From: an uncultured Thermoactinomycetaceae bacterium
Lineage (GTDB): Bacteria > Bacillota > Bacilli > Thermoactinomycetales > CALJVA01
Direction of reading: 5' to 3'
NCBI GenBank assembly: GCA_937975135.1
Contig: CALJVA010000022.1
Coordinates: forward strand, 7,118-71,117
Length of the DNA: 64,000 bases
Below are positions 58,760-64,000 of this stretch, one piece after another; positions within the stretch are counted from its first letter, which is position 1, and every line of letters starts with the position of its first letter. Both the position numbers and the translations under genes were made by a program. A model generated the notes under the pieces. It was given only the letters and a program-made list of their open reading frames with translations. It was not told the DNA's origin and ran no database searches.

Positions 58760-60385
58760 TTAATCAGGAAGTAATCGTAGGCGAGTTAGCAAATCACAAA
58801 TTTTGTCTCCCATGGGTAACAACCTCAGTTCTGATTTGCCAATGGTACGTGTCAGGAGTAAGGCAACTCCATAAACAATCGAACCAAGGAGGATAAGTCC
58901 AATTGTAGCAAATAATGAAGGAATTCTTCCCGACAAAGGAGCTTGTAGATACCATTCAATTCCCCGTAAGGCGAGGAACATAGTTATTGCCATCAAGGCT
59001 GTGCAGATTAAGGGTTTGATAAAAACACTGTGATATGAGATTTCAGCACCTGTTTTACGGGTGACCATGAAGACGTTTAGAGAGCAAATGACCAGATAAG
59101 CGATGACCATTGCTAGCGCAGACCCGGTAATTCCCAGTAAGGGGATCAACAGTAAGTTTCCACACACTTTTATCACTGCACCGATAAATAAGTGACGAAC
59201 TGGTAATTTATTATATCCCAAACCTTGTAAAATTCCTGAGCTAGTAACAGCGAGTGTACTAAAGATGGCAGATAAGACCAATACGCCAACGACAACGGTT
59301 CCTTCATCACTTTTATACATCATAATATTGACCGGACGGGAAATGACGGCAAGACCTACACTGGAAGGAAGGCCAATGACTACTGTCATCAACCATGCTT
59401 GCGAGATCCGACGCTGTACGGCTTCATGCTCCTTTTTGGCGACCAAGCTAGCAATAGACGGAATCAGCACCAGTGTAAGTGCGGAAGAGAAAGTAGCGAT
59501 GACATTAATAAAGACATCTCCCCGACCGTAGACACCAAACCAGAAATAGGCAGCCTCTTGAGTAAAATTATGAGTGGCTACCAACATCCGCGGTACAGTA
59601 ACAGAATCAAGTAAAGCGATCAAAGGTAAGACCAGCGAACCAATCGAAATAGGAATGGCAAAGCGCAGAATTCGTTGTGCGAGCTTGCCAGCCGGTTCTG
59701 GTGGTGAAGGTGCCCTCTCTGTTTCTTGAAGGGGACTTGTTTTCAGATCTCGCAGATTGTAACCAATCATTACGAGCATTCCCCCTGCCGCTCCAATTAC
59801 TGCACCAAAAGTGGCTCCCGCAGCAACGGAACCAGGGGTAAATCCAGCCTGAATCATCCAATATGTAAGTACAATAACAGTACCTACTCGGACAAACTGT
59901 TCTACCACTTGAGATAAACCGGTTGGCATCATATTTTGATGTCCCTGAAAATAACCACGTTGTACCGCCATTAAAGGTACAATTAAGAGGGCAAAAGATA
60001 AAACTTTAAGCGATTTTTCTGTCTCAGGCTCTCCGAGAACAACTTCTGCAATCCAATTAGAGCCTAGAAAAAGTAATAAAAAGCTAATAAGTCCACTAAT
60101 GGATAAGATGGTAGCAGCAACCTTGAGTACTCGGCGCGCTCCTAACTTATCCCCCTCAGAAAGACGTTCTGCAACAAACTTGGATACAGTGATCGGAATG
60201 CCTGCTGTAGCAACCATCAATAAAATCGTGTAAAGAGGGAAGGCTGCTTTATACAGGCCTACAGTATAGTCACCAGCGATATTTTGAAAGGGAATCCAGA
60301 AAAGACTGCCTAAAATCTTTGATATTAAGGTAGCAGCACTCAAAATTAAGGTTCCTTTAACTAACAGACCGCCTTTTCTTGACAT
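58760..60385 (-). CDS. MurJ/SpoVB/YtgP-family (MOP) flippase / polysaccharide biosynthesis protein
   Basis: Motifs GTLILSAATLISKILG, AGIP..VSK, RGYFQG and QVVEQFVRV; about 14 TM helices. Confidence 0.85.
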   Translation of the reverse strand: MSRKGGLLVKGTLILSAATLISKILGSLFWIPFQNIAGDYTVGLYKAAFPLYTILLMVATAGIPITVSKFVAERLSEGDKLGARRVLKVAATILSISGLISFLLLFLGSNWIAEVVLGEPETEKSLKVLSFALLIVPLMAVQRGYFQGHQNMMPTGLSQVVEQFVRVGTVIVLTYWMIQAGFTPGSVAAGATFGAVIGAAGGMLVMIGYNLRDLKTSPLQETERAPSPPEPAGKLAQRILRFAIPISIGSLVLPLIALLDSVTVPRMLVATHNFTQEAAYFWFGVYGRGDVFINVIATFSSALTLVLIPSIASLVAKKEHEAVQRRISQAWLMTVVIGLPSSVGLAVISRPVNIMMYKSDEGTVVVGVLVLSAIFSTLAVTSSGILQGLGYNKLPVRHLFIGAVIKVCGNLLLIPLLGITGSALAMVIAYLVICSLNVFMVTRKTGAEISYHSVFIKPLICTALMAITMFLALRGIEWYLQAPLSGRIPSLFATIGLILLGSIVYGVALLLTRTIGKSELRLLPMGDKICDLLTRLRLLPD

Positions 60386-60535
60386 GAGCAACATCCTTTT
60401 AAAATATTTATCATCCTACTTATTCTAGCAGGTTGTACGCGTTTGGGATACTTTTTAAGAATATTTAGAACTTAAATTTATTTATGCAGGAATGCAAACT
60501 TCTTGTTATTGGAATATAGTCTTGGGGATCAACGG

Positions 60536-60564
60536 TTGAGACAATGAAATAAATCCTCTAAAAT
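60536..60564 (+). promoter_or_regulatory. SigA promoter immediately upstream of the yloC start codon
   Basis: TTGAGA-17 nt-TAAAAT; ATG begins 7 nt after the -10. Confidence 0.7.
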
Positions 60565-60570
60565 AGCAGT

Positions 60571-61461
60571 ATGGTTGAAATAAATTCGATTTGTAGCATG
60601 ACTGGATATGGACGGGGTGAGTCAATCGCTGGAAATCTCCGCTACTATGTAGAAATGCGCTCGGTCAATCACCGTTTTGCTGAAATTGTGATTCGTCTTC
60701 CCAGCGGATGGAGTATCCTAGAGGAAAAAATTAAGAATGAGGTGCAAAAAGTAGTACGACGTGGCCGAGTAGATGTATGGATCACTGTAGATGGAGAAGG
60801 TTCTTTCCAGCGTGAAGTGAAAGTAGACTGGCACTTGGCCACTTCCATAGTGAAGGCAGCGGAGGAGATAAAAGAACGATTCCAGCTTCCAGGAACTTTG
60901 GGAGTGGAGGAGCTGCTTCGCTTTCCTGACGTCCTTTTGGTGCAAGAATCTCCGATTAATCCGGAGGATCATATCACACCGCTGTTTTCTGCAGTCAAGG
61001 ATGCTTCTTTGGAATTGCTCCAAATGCGACTTCGTGAGGGGCAAGCATTAAAAGAGGATTTGCTTAAGCGTGTTGGAAAGTTAGAAGATACGATACAGTC
61101 GATGAAGAAACAGGCACCTGTTGTAGTTGAGGAATATAAAGCTCGGCTGATGACCCGGTTGAAACAGTTGGAAAGAGAGGAGTTTAATGAAGACCGACTG
61201 CTTACTGAGGTTGTTTTGTTCGCGGAAAAAGTAGATATCCAGGAAGAGTTGACACGGCTACAAAGCCATCTTGAACAGTTTGCTGCTGCTTTGGAAAGCA
61301 GTGATCCTGTAGGAAGGCGTCTTGATTTTTTGTTACAGGAAATGAATCGGGAAGTGAACACTATCGGGTCCAAGGCACAAGACCGCTGGATTAGCTCCCA
61401 GGTTGTGGAATGTAAAAGTGAATTGGAAAAAATGCGCGAACAAGTGCAAAACATTGAGTAA
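60571..61461 (+). CDS. yloC: YicC/YloC-family endoribonuclease
   Basis: Motifs SMTGYG, RSVNHRF, VRRGRVD, DIQEELTRL and GRRLDFLLQEMNREVNTIGSK. Confidence 0.93.
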   Translation: MVEINSICSMTGYGRGESIAGNLRYYVEMRSVNHRFAEIVIRLPSGWSILEEKIKNEVQKVVRRGRVDVWITVDGEGSFQREVKVDWHLATSIVKAAEEIKERFQLPGTLGVEELLRFPDVLLVQESPINPEDHITPLFSAVKDASLELLQMRLREGQALKEDLLKRVGKLEDTIQSMKKQAPVVVEEYKARLMTRLKQLEREEFNEDRLLTEVVLFAEKVDIQEELTRLQSHLEQFAAALESSDPVGRRLDFLLQEMNREVNTIGSKAQDRWISSQVVECKSELEKMREQVQNIE

Positions 61462-61634
61462 GCAGGTTATAATGGAAGCACAAGGAGTTTATGACTCCTC
61501 TATGGACTCCAAAACGTTTCGATAAGGATTTGAAACTTAGCTGGTGAGTACAAAAGTCTCTACCTAAGGTGGAAATCACTTAAAGAGAGGCTGTAGCACG
61601 TGATCATTAAGCGAGGAGTGAGGAGGCACCCGTT

Positions 61635-61898
61635 TTGGGAATTAAATTGATTAATATCGGTTTTGGGAACATTGTTTCGGCCAATCGAATTATTGCGATT
61701 GTCAGTCCAGATTCGGCTCCGATTAAGCGAATCATTCAGGAAGCCCGAGACCGTGCGGTACTGATTGATGCTACCTATGGTCGTCGAACACGTGCAGTCA
61801 TTATTACTGATAGTGATCATGTGATTTTGTCTGCCGTGCAACCAGAGACCGTCGCACATCGATTAGAAAGCAAAGATTCAGCGGAAACAGTAGAGTAG
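61635..61898 (+). CDS. remA: Extracellular matrix/biofilm regulator (DUF370)
   Basis: Motifs [28 protein letters not shown] and LSAVQPETV. Confidence 0.95.
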   Translation: MGIKLINIGFGNIVSANRIIAIVSPDSAPIKRIIQEARDRAVLIDATYGRRTRAVIITDSDHVILSAVQPETVAHRLESKDSAETVE

Positions 61899-61912
61899 AA
61901 AGGGCTTGTAGA

Positions 61913-62533
61913 ATGGAAATGAGTAAACATCAGGAAGGTTTGTTAATCGTATTATCAGGTCCATCGGGAGCAGGAAAAGGAACTGTATGTGCGGCTCTTC
62001 GGCGTCTAATGCCTCAGTTGACCTACTCTATATCAGTCACAACACGTGCACCGAGAAAAGGTGAGGAGGAAGGGGTCAATTATTTTTTTCGAACACGCTC
62101 TGAATTTAAGAAGATGATTGAGGAAGATGCCCTATTAGAATGGGCTGAATATGTGGGTAACTGCTACGGCACTCCCCGTAAGTTTGTTGAAGACCAACTG
62201 AAAGCAGGTAAGGATGTCCTTTTGGAGATCGAAGTTCAGGGTGCGATGCAGGTAAAGCGTCGTTTTCCTGACGGGGTCTTTATTTTCTTGATTCCTCCTT
62301 CAATGACAGAGTTAAGGTCACGCATTCGCCAGCGGGGAACTGAGTCAGAATCTGTGTTGAATAAACGATTGCGTGTTGCTTCAGACGAACTAGCACTTGT
62401 TCATGATTATAATTATGTTGTGATCAATGATGAAGTGGAGCGGGCTGCAGAAAAAGTACGTTCCATTATTTATGCTGAGCACTGCCGTAAAGAACGATGG
62501 CTTCACAGAATAAAAGAATTGGAGGGAACTTAA
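61913..62533 (+). CDS. gmk: Guanylate kinase
   Basis: Motifs [22 protein letters not shown] and LEIEVQG. Confidence 0.97.
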   Translation: MEMSKHQEGLLIVLSGPSGAGKGTVCAALRRLMPQLTYSISVTTRAPRKGEEEGVNYFFRTRSEFKKMIEEDALLEWAEYVGNCYGTPRKFVEDQLKAGKDVLLEIEVQGAMQVKRRFPDGVFIFLIPPSMTELRSRIRQRGTESESVLNKRLRVASDELALVHDYNYVVINDEVERAAEKVRSIIYAEHCRKERWLHRIKELEGT

Positions 62534-62740
62534 GTGCTATACCCATCGATTGATGATTTAATGAAAAAAACAGACAGTAAGTATACCTTGGTAGCAATCG
62601 CTTCTAAGCGAGCACGACAACTGTTAGATGGGGCGAAGCCAAATATTGAACCTGTCTCTCACAAATATGTTGGCATAGCTTTAGAAGAAATTGCTTCAGG
62701 TGCTTTAGTCGCAAAGGTATCCAAAGAGAAGAAAAAATAA
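62534..62740 (+). CDS. rpoZ: RNA polymerase omega subunit
   Basis: Motifs LYPSID, SKYTLV...SKRARQL and ALEEI. Confidence 0.95.
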   Translation: MLYPSIDDLMKKTDSKYTLVAIASKRARQLLDGAKPNIEPVSHKYVGIALEEIASGALVAKVSKEKKK

Positions 62741-62780
62741 CAACCATGGCCGGTTGTTATTTTTTCTAGGAGGAGAGTAT

Positions 62781-63989
62781 ATGCAAGGAAAGCGGATTGT
62801 TGTAGGGGTATGTGGTGGAATTGCGGCTTTTAAGGCAGCAGCACTTGTCAGTCAGCTCACACAAAGAGGGGCAGATGTACGGGTGATTATGACCCCATCA
62901 GCAACAAAGTTTGTTACTCCCCTTACTTTTCAAGCATTGTCCCGCAATCATGTTGCAGTAGATGTTTTTGAAGAGCAGGATCCTGAGGTAATCACCCATA
63001 TTGACCTTGCGGATCATGCGGATCTTTTTGTTATTGCGCCTGCTACTGCTAATTTCTTAGGAAAGTGGGCCCATGGTTTAGGGGATGATATGTTGAGTAC
63101 TGCCCTTCTGGCCACCCGTGCTCCTATTTTTGTTGCTCCAGCGATGAATGTACATATGTATCAAAATCCTATTGTTCAGGAAAATATGGCGAAGCTTCTG
63201 AAGCAGGGAGTTCATTTTATTGATCCAGGACAAGGTCAGCTCGCCTGTGGATATGTTGGAAAAGGGCGGATGGCAGAGCCGGAAGTGATTATTGCTGAGA
63301 TTAGTCGTTACTTTTCAGAGAAAGCTTTGCCGAACTGGTCAGGAAAACGTGTGGTCGTTACAGCAGGGCCGACACAAGAAGCACTAGATCCTGTTCGTTA
63401 CTTTAGCAATCGTTCCTCTGGTAAAATGGGCTTCGCCTTAGCCGAAGTAGCGGCAAAAGCAGGGGCAGAAGTGGTTCTTATCAGCGGACCTACTCATTTG
63501 CCAACCCCATCGGGTGTACAAAGAATTGATGTAGTGCGTGCAGAAGAAATGTTGGAAGAAGTAATGGCTGCCCTACCAACCGCAGATATTGTTATTAAAG
63601 CGGCGGCAGTTGCCGATTACCGCCCTGAAGAGGTGTCTGATGAGAAAATAAAAAAACAGGGAGAGACCCTCGTAGTCCGGATGAAACGGACCGCTGATAT
63701 TGCATCCGAAGTTGGTCGTCGGAAAACCAAAAAGCAATTTTTTGTTGGCTTTGCTGCAGAAACGAATAAAGTGGAGCAGTATGCCCGGGAAAAGTTGACT
63801 CGTAAAGGAATGGACTTAATCGTAGCCAATGACGTCACCTTACCGGGAGCAGGTTTTGAAGTGGATACCAATGTTGTCACTGTATTTGACGCACAGGGTA
63901 AGGTAGCCAGCTGGCCACAGTTAACAAAGCGTGAGGTGGCAGCGCGTCTGGTTTCTTTGATAGGGGAGCGACTTGATGATCGGATATAA
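62781..63989 (+). CDS. coaBC: Phosphopantothenoylcysteine decarboxylase/ligase
   Basis: Motifs GGIAAFK, PAMNVHM, LACG.VGKGRM, SNRSSGKMG, AAVADY and GFAAET. Confidence 0.96.
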   Translation: MQGKRIVVGVCGGIAAFKAAALVSQLTQRGADVRVIMTPSATKFVTPLTFQALSRNHVAVDVFEEQDPEVITHIDLADHADLFVIAPATANFLGKWAHGLGDDMLSTALLATRAPIFVAPAMNVHMYQNPIVQENMAKLLKQGVHFIDPGQGQLACGYVGKGRMAEPEVIIAEISRYFSEKALPNWSGKRVVVTAGPTQEALDPVRYFSNRSSGKMGFALAEVAAKAGAEVVLISGPTHLPTPSGVQRIDVVRAEEMLEEVMAALPTADIVIKAAAVADYRPEEVSDEKIKKQGETLVVRMKRTADIASEVGRRKTKKQFFVGFAAETNKVEQYAREKLTRKGMDLIVANDVTLPGAGFEVDTNVVTVFDAQGKVASWPQLTKREVAARLVSLIGERLDDRI

Positions 63990-64000
63990 GAAAGTAGCTG

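Noticed and set aside
60486-60515. SigH-like promoter (GCAGGAATG...GGAAT) upstream of yloC
   Set aside because: The spacing is about 2 nt too long for SigH, and a much better SigA promoter lies just downstream.

Overview
Mostly core chromosome of an endospore-forming Bacillales bacterium. Gene order and protein style suggest Thermoactinomycetaceae/Paenibacillaceae-like, which is an inference. In order: the dcw cluster (murE 3' part, murF, mraY, murD, spoVE, murG, murB, a murA paralogue, divIB, ftsA, ftsZ); spoIIGA-sigE-sigG; ylmC-pgeF-yggS-sepF-ylmG-ylmH-divIVA; T-box ileS; DUF5665-yteA; lspA-rluD; and a PyrR-attenuated pyr operon. An accessory stretch follows (CotA-like multicopper oxidase, yjdM/phnA, DmpA peptidase, an unannotated 49-aa ORF, MFS transporter), then rqcH, yjiH, yloB Ca-ATPase, dapF, a ba3-type oxidase operon with SCO, odhAB, an NCS2 permease, ctaM, a PH-domain gene, a MurJ/SpoVB-family flippase, and yloC-remA-gmk-rpoZ-coaBC. 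I found no tRNA, rRNA, CRISPR array or transposase. The most notable observations are: (1) the pyr operon has no carA/pyrAA, with pyrC joined directly to a CarB whose catalytic motifs are intact but whose small-subunit-contact regions look diverged; (2) DivIVA has a Pro/Gln linker insertion and a 65-aa acidic/His-rich then basic tail; (3) two neighbouring genes each carry one in-frame stop (TGA in the CotA-like gene, TAG in yjdM); (4) a family of long intergenic palindromes and an orphan IS200/IS605-like end hairpin; (5) a hairpin-bridged Shine-Dalgarno before pyrE and a probably leaderless yloC. All of this was read by eye. No database search or folding program was run, and comparisons with homologues are from memory.
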